64,000 nucleotides of DNA from Ramazzottius varieornatus (taxonomy: Eukaryota > Animalia > Tardigrada): contig BDGG01000003.1 in the NCBI GenBank assembly GCA_001949185.1, positions 2,959,158 through 3,023,157 on the forward strand, written 5' to 3'. Each line of letters starts with the position of its first letter. The stretch's first letter is position 1. Shown piece by piece: positions 1-11,663 of this stretch. The translations under genes and the position numbers were made by a program. The notes beneath the pieces are model-generated. The model searched no databases. It worked only from the letters and a program-made list of their open reading frames with translations, and was not told the DNA's origin.

Positions 1-116
1 TTGAATCTGCTGTATCTTGACATCCCGAGCAGTAATACGTTTTGATGTTCTCCACCATACCTACTGTGACATCCACACAAGCTCCATGAAACCATCCATC
101 GCAACTCTCACATCCG
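1..116 (-). CDS. Internal exon encoding the C-terminal part of a PHD finger (CXXC1/CFP1- or DIDO/PHF-type); gene continues off the left edge
   Basis: After the acceptor tttcgcag the minus strand reads GCESCDGWFHGACVDVTVGMVENIKTYYCSGCQD, a C-x2-C-x4-H-x2-C...C-x2-C PHD pattern with WFH. The upstream C-x-C exon was not found. Confidence 0.7.
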
Positions 117-186
117 CTGCGAAACATAAACACTTGCTGTTATAAGCGGAAACGTCGGTAAAAAGATGCACGATGTTCAAAAACTA

Positions 187-305
187 GGAACTCGTCGAAC
201 TGACTCGAAAAAATCGTTTCCAAGTGACGCACGTGACCAGCCAATAATGCCAAGAACGTGCGCCACTTGGGAAAACAATCTGGTCGAATGTTTTGTCGAT
301 GCCAT
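187..305. mobile_element. Family A ~120-bp hairpin MITE
   Basis: CAAGTGACGCA-N27-TGCGCCACTTG core with inverted flanks. Confidence 0.75.
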
Positions 306-1628
306 TTTGTTTGGAAATCACGAAGATATCAACGTTAGCGCCAAGGGTGTGGATTACAGGTGTGATGCGCCATGAAAAGTCGCCGCATTTGAACTAGGAG
401 GAGTTGTGCACGCGCTAGGTACAAGTGCAACCAATGACTTGTCCGTGCACACGTTGAGTCATTAAATCGAGCCGTGACTCATGCAGCCCGTACCCTTCAT
501 GCGTCCCCGGTCGAGTCGCGCATTGATCCGGTTTACAGATCCTTTTATTGCGCCACTGTACCATCACTCACCACCCGCGTGAACTCGCGCAGCGAGAAAG
601 CCTGAAAATTATCCACAACATTCACCCATTAACCTGCGTAGGTCCTCCCAATTTAATCTGACATTGCTGTGAGGGGACGGTCTTAATTGCGGAAAGGGTT
701 ACGGGTGTTAGAAGTACTAAATTATCTCTCTCTTTCAAGCCTGATGAAGCCGACTATCCAGTTTCCGTCCGCAAGAGGCTGCCTTAACGTCAGGAAGAGA
801 CGATAGCACAGACTTTCTGGAGGGGATGCTCAGCTGAAAACAGCCGTCCTGTGGTAAACCGTAACTGGCAATCGCACGAGAAGACACGTAAACCTGTTCC
901 GTTCTCAGTAATAATAAGACATTTCAGAGAAGACATTTCTGACACAATCGAAGAGGCACTGTTCTATTGAAAAAAATCTCGTCGGAAAATTTGAAATTTC
1001 CGAAAAGCGGTAAATGTTTACCGGAAACCATCAAGGTCTCTATGTTAGGACTTCAATCAGCCAAACACAATGTGTCGACATGATTTACTCGACTCGAAGG
1101 ATGAGTGCAAGCGTGGCTCGGCTGTGACTTAAACGAGTGCGTGTCACGAGGTTTTACTGGCCAATACGGCAACCCACGTGACTTCGTCTTGCGCAAATCC
1201 CACCTGTAGTGTGGATGACAAATGCTGCCATTTTCACAGCTGATTTCGCCAGCTGTCAACTTTCTGAATTTCATCGGTTTTACAAGGCGACTGTCCAACC
1301 CTAATCTGACATCAGAAATTCGGGAACACTCAATTGCTTGGCATATCGAACATGACAACATTCGACACCTCCAAGAAGAATTTGACGAGTGGAGAAACGG
1401 TAAGCAGGACACCTGCTTTAACTGAAGCAAACTTGGCGATGCCGCCAACTAAGCTCTATTTCGTCTACCGATGGGTGGTACTTTTAGCCTCCTGGCCAAC
1501 CCATCCAACATTTTTTATGGATTCTTTTACGGCCCTAGTTCTTAGTTCGCGAGGCGGGTCAACTTGGCCGTTTTAGAAAGTTAAGATCAGCTCTTGATCA
1601 TCCCGCTACGGGGGAAGATCAACTGATC

Positions 1629-1711
1629 NNNNNNNNNNNNNNNNNNNNNNNNNNNNNNNNNNNNNNNNNNNNNNNNNNNNNNNNNNNNNNNNNNNNNNNN
1701 NNNNNNNNNNN
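1629..1711. other. Assembly gap (83 N)
   Basis: Run of N. The left flank is a GATC-rich imperfect hairpin. Confidence 0.99.
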
Positions 1712-3027
1712 CTTCAGTTTTCGTAAAATGTCCTCTCAAAGCTCGCGCGTGCGTCATCATATTCGCGAAACATCCCTTAGGGGGTTGGTAGGGGAAAATA
1801 TCGGGACCGGGGCTAAACTGTGTGTGTACATACACCCACGTGCGTTTTACCGCGCTGTAGGGCGCAAATTCCAATAATATGAATAGCAACATTCTTGATT
1901 TTGATTACCAATTATAATTTCTTCAGTTTTCGGAATTCTACTACAGTTCTAATTAATATTGGAGTTGCCCGGCCTCGAATTCCCAATTTCGATTGTCATA
2001 TTGAAATTCATAAACGGTCGTTTTTGGCCATTTCCAATTACGAATTGTAATGATCGGAGCAACACTGCCCAGTCTGCCCTCATGCCAACATCGTCCACTA
2101 CTTTGAACTTTATAATTGAGAGATTGCGCTAGGAGGTCAAACGACCGATCAGGCATCAAGCAATCCGCCCGATCGCTCAATGCTGATCGTTCCTCCTGAG
2201 GGGTAGCGTAGCAGGTTGCGCAGATCGCAAACCCCAGTCAGCCAGTCAGCTGATAATTTCCGGTAGACACTTCCGGCGCTGCCGTCTCACCTGGATGTCT
2301 TCTCGTTCCTCGACGTTTTTCACCTCATATCTCCCTAATAAATGCCATTCCCACATGTCTAGCTGGAAGGACTCGCAGATCACAGATAAACGGCTCGAAC
2401 CCCGAACGCTATGCTGATATTTGTCTGATGGAGTGTTATGGCCGATGGTTAACCATCCGCACTCACCTATTTCGATCTTTGCCGAGGTTCTACAGGGTTT
2501 GCTTTCGCAACTGCCGATGTAACTTGATTCACTAGAGACTGCCTGAGGAGATCAGCTATCGACAAGGATATCCTTGGTAGCAGACAAAAAGTTCAGCTAG
2601 ATAACAGCAGACAATCTGAAAGCGCTAAGCCTTTATCGTGGAGCAAGTCTCCCCCACGGACTTCAGGATAACCTGGTGAAGCCTTTCCCCGCTCCCTCAA
2701 GGTAGGAGGGTAACGGGCAGTACGGCTGATCTATGATAGCGAGATGAAGACCAGAAATAGTAGCAGAAAGTCAAGTACGGCATCGCTATAAAAGGTCGGA
2801 AGCCAAGAAGTGAGTTAAAAGCAAGGCTGATCGGGCACTCAGGGGGGCGCAAGAACAATCAGCCAAAATCATTTTTTTCCTGACAGGTCCGGGCCGATCA
2901 GGGAGCGAAGCGATCAGGTTGGTGGCGTCTCTACGATTCAACGGTGCCAACGGTTTACACACAAACACGCTTCCTGATCCTGATCGGTCCCCCGGCTCAG
3001 GGCGCACGGTCTCAAATAACTGTACAT

Positions 3028-3150
3028 GAGAGCTGGGCAAACAGACCGTACAAGATCGTTATCTTGAGTGGCGCAATTTTACAATCGAAAACAAATAAAA
3101 TGTGCGCCACTCAAGATATAGATCTTGTACGTTTTGTTTGCCCAGCTCCC
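3028..3150. mobile_element. Family A hairpin MITE (best-paired copy), 70 bp upstream of the GFOD ATG
   Basis: GAGAGCTGGGCAAACAGACCGTACAAGATC..GAGTGGCGCA-N27-TGCGCCACTC..GATCTTGTACGTTTTGTTTGCCCAGCTCCC. Confidence 0.85.
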
Positions 3151-3218
3151 ACATATCCTATCTCGAAGATTCTTCCAGGGCCGAGAGATTCGGAACATTG
3201 ACAGAGACCGAGCTCATC

Positions 3219-4531
3219 ATGCTGCCGAAGATCGGGATATTCGGGACGAATGCGATGGTGCCAGCCTTAATCAGCGAGCTTCGCCGTCTGGACTTTGAGA
3301 TCATCGGATTATGGGATTTCAAAAAGAACGTCGCTTCCTCCTGGGGTGAGAAGTTCAACATCCCCGTTGCGACAGACAGCATCGAAGTCTTGCTGAAAGA
3401 TCAGGAAGTCGATTTGGTCGTGGTATGCACCCCTTCGTCCTTTCACAGAGAGATAACCACCAAAGCACTGGCTGCGGGGAAACATGTCATATGCGAACCA
3501 CCACTTGGACTGACAGGTACAGTAATTAACCTTATTCCAGGTCCTTATTGAGCATGTAGGAACTCAGCTGCTTACTTACAGGAGCGGACAATGCAGCCAT
3601 CATGGAGCAAGCACTTTACTATCCAAGTCTGACGTTGTCCACATTCGGCCTGCGCTATTTGGTTGGCGTGCGCAAAGCAAAGGAGCTATTGTTAGATGGA
3701 ACGATCGGAATTTTACAGTCTTTCGAGATCACTCAACATACTGGCCCGGAAGACATCATGAATAACATGGCGTTTGATTGGACATGTATTCGAGAACTAT
3801 GTGGGGGACCGCTTTGGTCAACGGCAGTCCATCTAATCGATCTCGTATCTTTTCTTTCAGGTCAAATACTTCCGATTAGTTTGTTTGTCAGACTTTTTCA
3901 CCGATTTCATGTTATCTTCTTTCCAGGCAAAGTGGCTTATACGATATGTGCCACGATACAGCGTTTTCAAGAGAATCCCGCACATTTCAAGTACGACCAA
4001 CACTTGACGCGTGAAGACTACATTTCCTGGCAGATGCTGCTCGAAGGCAACATTCCGTGCACAACTGTGATAAACAATAATTTCCCAGGAAAATTCGATC
4101 TCCGGTTAATCATCACCGGATCGAAGGGCTCACTCACATTAGCAGACGGTGTCCTAACATTGGACAAGAAACACGAAACCACACATAGCGTCGTGGGTCC
4201 TTTCCGAGGCAAGGACCAGACGGTACCCGAATCACCGACCAAAACTCCATTCAACTACAGACACCCGGAAGTGGTCGTGGCTGGAATCATTCAGATGTGC
4301 AGTGATCTGCACAAAGCGTTTGATCCGCTGATGGAAAGACGCTTCTGGGTTCCCGACCACTTAGGCAATGCTGGGACGTTCAGGGACTGCCAGTATGCAC
4401 GAGCAGTCGCGGATGCCGTCAAGAAGTCTAGCGAATCTCGGCGGTGGACGGAAATTGTGATACCGACACTGAAACCTGACAATAGCGTAGCTTATATTCC
4501 TGTTTTAAGATTTATGGAAAGACAGGTCTGA
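3219..4531 (+). CDS. GFOD1: Gfo/Idh/MocA-family oxidoreductase (GFOD1/2-like); exons ~3219-3516, 3582-3860, 3927-4531
   Basis: MLPKIGIFGT Rossmann start, VDLVVVCTP, KALAAGKHVICE, GGPLWSTAVHLIDLVSFLSG; GT-AG introns restore the frame. Confidence 0.88.
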
Positions 4532-4743
4532 ACGTTTCTTTTCCTTGTTGACTGGTTGTTTTTATTTTACAGATACTCGGTTTGTGTATGCTGTTCCTTT
4601 ACAAGTTTTACAGACAGTGAGCACGCTTGGAGATATCATAAACCTAAGCGATCAACAGAGTTCGTGTGTATACTACCGTCTACGGAAGGCCGGTATAAAG
4701 CGTGAGGCGTAGATAAAAAAAAGAGAAGGTGAAGCTAAAACAA

Positions 4744-7700
4744 TTAAAATGCGTAACGATTACGAATGTCTTCCAGCTTTTTCGCGATCTCGTTCGGGGT
4801 CCTGTCAAGTTCCTCAGCAATCTCCTTCTGCTTTCCGTAGTCGAGTGCGTTGTACTGCTCGCACAAGTCTCCATCCACCACACTCTACAAAAAAACAGAA
4901 AAATCAATTCCCGCCTCCGTAGGACCATATCGACGAGACAGAACTTGTCCACGCCGAGAATAATGAACAGGTACGACTTAAGGGGTTTACCTTCACGGGC
5001 CAGTAGTACGATCGGTACTGCAGGTGATCCCGACCACACAGCGGTGGCTTCTCGTTCCTCAAGTGCATCTCCAGATGTTGGAAGAAGTCTTGATCCTGTA
5101 ACAAAAGACGTTTGAATGAAATACTTTTCTCCCATAGAGAGTTCTTTTACCTCTTTAGAAGAGAATGGAACAAGAGCTCCGATTCTTCCAGACAGTGTAG
5201 TGTACACGATCGATTCCGAGCCGCCGGGAATCAAAGTGGTCTTCTGAAGACTCGAGATCGTTTCTCCGATGTAGAACTGACAAATGGGTTCGGACTATAA
5301 AAGCATAACGACGAAAGTCAACTACACGTAAGTCCTCGTTTTCCATATGGTTCAGCGGAAACATACCTTCTGCGAAGCTCCATTGAGGTAGCCTCGGTCC
5401 CAGAAAGACGCTGGGTCGTCTTCATGATCCTCATTGACACTAGTGCTGATTCGAGTAACGGACACGTTACCGAACTTGTCGCCCAGCACTACAGTATTGT
5501 AGTCCAGCACAAGCGAGCAGGTTACAAATCGAGGAACTGTGTCATCAGCGAAGATGTTCAGGACGTTCTCCTTGGCCTTGTACTTTACGAAATGGACACT
5601 CTCATTCACATCCGAGACGTACAGTCGAGATCCCATAGTCTTCACGTCCGTTATCATGTTCGGAATTTGCTAAAACCAAACAACAGATTACAACTTACCT
5701 CGGTAAAGCCGAGGTAAAACTGTGACATCAGCAAATGAATTGAACATGATAGTCATTTCAAGTGGCGCACGTTTCTATTGTTAGAGGCTGAAAGTGTGCG
5801 CACCTTGAGAAAACAGCCATGTTCAAGTCAATTGCGGACTTCCCAATCTGGAAGCTTACTTTGGATTCGCATTTTCGGAGGAGCTTCTTCTTGCCGAGAT
5901 CGTAGAGTCTCAACAGTCTCCCCATCCCAACTGCCACTCTTCCTTGGAATGCTGCAATAGCGTGTGGAACTTCCTCGACCATGGTGACATGGACCAGTTC
6001 AAGCCTTGTGAACTCGTCGGCGAATCGGTAGGTTCTCAACCGTCCTCCGCTACCGAGTTGACGGGGTTTCAGCTGAAGGTCCACTGCTGTGCCGATCACG
6101 ACGAAGTACTCATCTTCAGCTCGAGCGGCAAACTGTACGAGACAGACGCTGAAAGCTGCTTCGTTCTGGGGCAGATCTTCCACCCACGTTGTCCTGGCTT
6201 GAATAGGGTGGATGACTCGGATACAGGACGCCCATTTGTTTGGACCGGCTTTCGGTGCGCCGAAGTCGGTGTCGTTGAGGTCCATGCGAAGGATTTCTTG
6301 GGCGAGTGGTCTTATCTGTTCTTGCTCAGCTGGATCTCTTCCCTCGAACAATTCCTGTAAAAACCAAATGGAATGGGTTTACTGTTGTACTTCCAGTCTT
6401 TAGTTCCGCAGTTCAACTTGTAAACTGGCACACACAGCCACTACCAAACACCAACATACACTTGTGCCGTGGTACATTTACGACCCACTGTACGCAGGTG
6501 CACGAGAGGACTGAATCTATTGGCGCCTTCCCAGCATACTATTTATCTCATGCTTTCGACCAACTTAGCAAACTTCTCTCGGCTCTTGGGAAACTGACTT
6601 ACCGTAACCATCTGTTGTTTCCGAACGATCTTGCCTTCCATCGTGTAGGCGTTATGGTCCGTTTCGACGGTGACCATCATTCCCACAGCTGGGTGGATCA
6701 CGAACTTTCTCGGTGTGTAACGCAGAGGAACCACAGTCTCGTTGAAAACGGTTCCCAACTTATCCAAGGCCAAGATTCTGCAACAGATTCCGTAAAAGTC
6801 AGAATCGAAATGGTGATTAAGGAGAATGAGAAACCGCACCGCAGAGTATTCGTGGCAATCGCGACAATGCCTTCCGGACACTGCTCTGATGAGAAAGCCG
6901 AAGCAAACTCCAATGCCTCATAGGAAAGCGGTGTTAGAAGGAATCGATTCTGGTAATGGTAGCTTAGCCAAGCTCTGCTGGAGACAGCCAGCACCTAGAG
7001 AACAATTTCAGTGAGCTATGCGGTTGTCAGTGAGGATTACTAAGACGAGCGAGTGTCTTACCGCTTGGTTTCCCTGGACAGTCATCCGAAACAGTTTGAC
7101 TGGGCGTGATCCCAGGTATCGTGTTCGCGTATCAGACAAGTCTCCGGTTACAGGGTCGAGTACCGACCGCAGTAGCACCCCATTCTGCAGAGAAAGCAAG
7201 TTCAAACTACGAGATAGTCACGATTGAAAGTAAGAACAGACCTGTAAGCCGATGTTGAGGTATAATACTCCTCTTCGTTCCTTCGCGTCTGCTAAGGAAG
7301 ATTGTTCTCGTCGGTAGTCTTTGGAGCCCAGTTCGACGATGTTCAAGCTTTCAGCAGGTGCCGGGAGGGCTTGTAGACTGAGAGGTGAAAGGCAGTCTTG
7401 GGGATCGAGCGACAGCAGGCGTACGGTGTTGTCCGCCAAGCCCACTGCAAGAAACCTCGATCGACTTTCGCCTGGCGGAACTTCACCTAAAGCCATACAC
7501 ACCACGTCAGTCTGCATCTCTTTGCGCTCGGTATACTCGTTCAGCTGGCCCGTCTAGGAAACACCAAGAAGAATAAACGAATAGCGACATATTTGAATAC
7601 ATAAATGCAACACAATCGCGAAATCGGACATAAAATTGCGTCAATGTCTACACCTGCATACACAACTATCGTGTCAAACACCTTGACAACTACACGCAGG

Positions 7701-10635
7701 TGCATGAACCACTCGCGCACTTTATTTCCTCTTTCCCAAAATGAGTAGACAAAGAAGAACCAAAACCGTTTCACTTTAAACTGACCTGGTCCATTTCGAA
7801 GTACACCAGCTCGCCACCAGTCAGCGAAATGACCAGCTGGCGTTCGTTGATAGCGCACTTCGTGATCTGACGTTTTCCGGGGCTCTTCCATTCGTTCACA
7901 CGCTTGTCAGCACGGATGTGGCGGATACCATCCGGGTAGATTTGGATGAGAGCGTCGTCGCCTAGAAGCGAGCAAGACAACGTCGGCGTCGTGCCCAAGA
8001 AGCCCGAGTCGGCCACTTCCTCGACAGTCTCCCCGATGGAGAGGACCAGCGTGGCGTTGACGAAGGACACTACAATGTACGCATCGAACTTATCTGCAAG
8101 AACAAACGCCCATGAACCACATTCAAACCTTTCACATTTCCAAAAAGAATACCCACTCACCGGCTGAATGTTTTCGGACTGTCCACACAGCGTTAGGATT
8201 GCCCGGTAGTTCCGAGACGGCCATTTCTGCCACTTCCAGACCATGTCGCAGTACTCGTAGTGTGGAGCGAGCACTTGTTCCGCAAGCAGTGTAGAACTGT
8301 GGGGTGTCCTCACCAGCGAGATCAAGTACCTGTTGAGCAAGAACTCGCATGAGCCGACTTATAACATGACCGGAAACGGCCAACAGTGTACCTTGCAGTG
8401 CATGAGGGGAGACAGACTTTGCAGCTCATCCACCATAAGCAGGTTCTTCGGTTCTCGGGGCCGGAAGTAGAAAGTCTCACCCTCTTCCAATGGCGCACTG
8501 CTGCTAAACTCAGGCTCGTCATCCGCGTCACCCAAATGGGCAATTTGGTATAATCGACTGCAAAAATCAATCGTGATTCGTAACAAGCCAGAACAGAGGA
8601 CAGAAATGGAACTTAACCAAACAAAGTCGACAAGGTTGTAACTTCAAGTGGCGCAAGCTTTAAGTCAACTGAAAACTGAGAACGTGCACCACTTGGGAAA
8701 GCGATTCTGTAGAGCTTGTTGGCTGAGCTCCCAAATACACGCAGAAACAAAGCCGACTTACTGGTTGCCGAATTCACATGCAACGAAGAGAAATCCAGTG
8801 CGCAGAACGCACATCGAGGTTGCAACTGGTATCGTGTCCAGATACTTAATTTTGATTTCGGTCACCTACGGTAGCAAAACTTTGAAGCTATACTACGAGT
8901 GCTTTGAAGCGCATAAAGTCAGCCACTCAAATCGCTTAAGGCAACAGTGAATCGATCATAGCACCTACCATCTCCTCCTCGACGTTCAGCGTCACTTTGA
9001 AGACGTCTCCTTGCTCACTCTGCAGGAGGAAGAAGAAAAGGACCTTCGTCTTGTGCGCAGCATAAGCCACGATCATCATACCTCTTTCCGGGTCTTGGAG
9101 ATCATGCTACGAAAGCCAACAATGTCACGCAAACGTATACCATACTACCAGTACATTCAAGGAGAGAGGCGAGACTTACAATTCGTCTCGGAATGGGTGC
9201 GCGAATGTCGGGCTGTTCTCCGAGGTTTTTGTAGGTGATGTAGTTCTCTGCGCAAATCAGGATTCCACTGGGACCGTCCGATCCTCCAGGAACAGCGATC
9301 AAGAAGTTGGCTCGTTCTTCCAAGTTCTCAGTGTACTTGCGGACAACGTGGTTCAACCCGAGGTCCAGTTCGTAAAAAGTAAGACTCTGTTGTGCTTTCT
9401 GCATAACTTCCCCGGTTGGGTCATTGTCAGCTTCCTGTGAACGACACAGATTTCACATGTATCTTGCTCTCCAGTCTGAACTCTCGTCATAAGATGTAAG
9501 TACGAGGTAAACGACATAATTCGGGCATATCGAGTTTCGCACCATAATTCGGGCAACGCAAAACATTTGAACATTACCGTCACTGTTTGATTCATCTCTC
9601 ATCGTACGTGTGTTGATACAACATTAGGCTTTTTAACATTGCACAGACCCACCTCCCTCCCGGGCCAAATTCCCGTCATCCACAACGCTTTCCCGTTCTC
9701 AAACCTATTTAAAACTCGAGAAGAGGGATCAGTCTACCTCAGGGAACAAGAAGCAGTTCATTACGCGCAGCAGAAGCTGAGAAAAAATATGCCCGAATTA
9801 CGAGTGAAAAACGACTATGCCCGAATTATGTCGTTTACCTGGTACTGTTAAATTTTTTACCTCATAATCCATTTCCAAACAGGCGAAGAGAGGATTATCA
9901 AAGCCCACATCGACACCCACGACGTTGTACAGGAAAGTGTTGGCCTTGTGAGCTTCCAGTGGCGAAGATATCGTCAGACGAGCCTGGGCGTCGCGGTTCA
10001 TGATGTAGACCAGCTTCTGCTTCTCGATGGCGCCTGCAACGCAAAGAGTGGTGATGCTCAGCGGTAGCATTAGAATAAAAACGGATGTGGAAAAGCCTAC
10101 CGATTAGCACAGCACGGCCTTTAGGGTCCGTAGCCAGATACTGCCCTGGGACGATTCGTCTGCAGCCACTCTTCCCAAACGTTTCCAAGTGGATCTGTAA
10201 CATAATTCTGTCATACCCATCTTCCAGTTGATGATGAGTTCTTGACTTTTGACTTACCCGATCGAAGGCATTCTTTGCGGGATTGTACTCGACAATAGTT
10301 ATTTTGCCCGAGTCGCTGCCAATCACGACGTAATCTAGAAGAGGAAAAGATTCTAGTTAGCTCCCTAGGGAAACTTGGCAAAATGCTACTCGCAATTCCG
10401 TATACGAACCTTTGGTTCCACCGATCAGGCGGAATCCAGCCAGCGATCGAATTACTCCGAAGACGTCCGTGCTGTGGAGAATGTGCATCTTTCCGGAGTC
10501 GGGATCTGGTCGGATCAGTATAAGACTTTGTCCGCGGGAAGCGACAATCTCCTGCTGCTTCGTGCCGGCAAAGTTGCCATGTACGGCGCAGTTGATCCCC
10601 GAAGCGCTTTGGAGTGTGAAGTTGTACAGATGCAT
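4744..10635 (-). CDS. SF3B3: Splicing factor 3B subunit 3 (SAP130), multi-exon
   Basis: MHLYNFTLQ...[84 protein letters not shown]-terminus EDIRNRYAF*. Confidence 0.98.
5722..5843. mobile_element. Family A hairpin MITE (SF3B3 intron)
   Basis: CAAGTGGCGCA-N27-TGCGCACCTTG plus TTGAACATG/CATGTTCAA arms. Confidence 0.75.
7649..7704. repeat. Family D mini-hairpin (SF3B3 intron)
   Basis: TACACCTGCATAC...ACGCAGGTGCA. Confidence 0.5.
8612..8742. mobile_element. Family A hairpin MITE (SF3B3 intron)
   Basis: CAAGTGGCGCA...TGCACCACTTG core. Confidence 0.7.
9501..9844. mobile_element. Family B: 344-bp (TA ends included) Tc1/mariner-type MITE in an SF3B3 intron
   Basis: TA-CGAGGTAAACGACATAATTCGGGCATA ... 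TATGCCCGAATTATGTCGTTTACCTGG-TA; repeated TAATTCGGGCA sub-terminal motif; near-identical copy at 23527. Confidence 0.9.
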
Positions 10636-11289
10636 CTTGCCTACGAGAGGAGTATTAGCGACAACAGAAGAATATATCGCTTCTGTTCAACGTTTCGCTC
10701 TCTCTACTTCGTAGAGCACCATTTTGTTCATATGAAATCAAGTGACTATGACATATATACGGCCGAAAAGCTATACACCTACCTCCTTCAGGTTAATGGT
10801 GAACACCAACGTTCCGCAGAGATCTTCAGGAGTCGTGGAGCGCCTCACTGTATCTGCGTCCGAAGAGACTTTCTGTGTTACGCAGGATATTCAGAAGCCG
10901 TAACGACAGGAATCGGATGGCCGTAACCGTAATGCCAACGCAAAGTGCGATCGGTTTTACCCCTCTATACAGCAAGCACATACGCATCCACCGGACGGGA
11001 GGTTCTCTCAGCTGGATGTCCAGAAGCAGCGCAAATCCTGAGACGGAAGGTCCTTAGCAGTGTCCTCGGGGTTAGGGGAATGGCGAGAAGTCCACCTAAC
11101 AGGGGAACAACGAATCACGATTTAGGATTTACGAAGCTGCCATTTTTCCGGAACATGAGGGATCGATTTTAGCGACAACACGAAAATTGCGATTTGCAGA
11201 GGACGCTGCTGCGGTAGCGGCATTATCAAACTTCGGTAATACTCCTGCGATTGATTTCTCTAACAGCTGATTTGTGCAATCGCTCATGG

Positions 11290-11494
11290 CCTTCGAACGG
11301 CAATCAGTCAATCGATAATTTTCATATGAAAAATGCCGTTCCGAATGCCATTCGAACACCAGGTCTACTGTTCAAAAGGCAGGATTTGCGCACTGATAGC
11401 AAAATTTCCCTGTTGTGCCGGCTCCTAGCAGGTCGTAAGGGACAGTTCCCTGATTTTGAATATTAGGTTGAGTAAATCACCGGTCCTGGTTCTG
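11290..11494. mobile_element. Family C: diverged, one-ended copy in inverted orientation
   Basis: Its reverse complement aligns co-linearly by eye with 36007-36200; one TIR retained. Confidence 0.75.
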
Positions 11495-11663
11495 GGAGGA
11501 TTGCTTGGGAGTTGTGAGTCGCTTCGAAATCCGGATAACGTGCCACAGTAGGATTCCCCATTAAAGGTGCACATGGAAGACACGGAGTATCCGAAGCACT
11601 GTTATAAACGCAGTTAGCAGAGACCGCACACCAGCCTGACGGGCGGGCAAAGTACAGAAGAAG

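Noticed and set aside
1712-3010. GATC-rich region next to the gap as a gene or defined transposon
   Set aside because: It looks repeat-derived, but no TIR/TSD pair or credible ORF could be delimited across the gap.
6355-6602. Intronic snoRNA in an enlarged SF3B3 intron
   Set aside because: One hairpin followed by ACA is visible on the minus strand, but there is no properly placed H box or C/D box pair; an Infernal/snoGPS search would be needed.
9639-9851. Duplicated ORFs (also 23665-23958, 9353-9595, 23391-23621) as a paralogous peptide family
   Set aside because: They are translations of the two family B MITE copies.
10375-10926. Long antisense or alternative-frame ORFs over SF3B3, Acinus, CARS, Brahma and Snail
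   Set aside because: Shadow ORFs of real coding exons with no independent domain signal.
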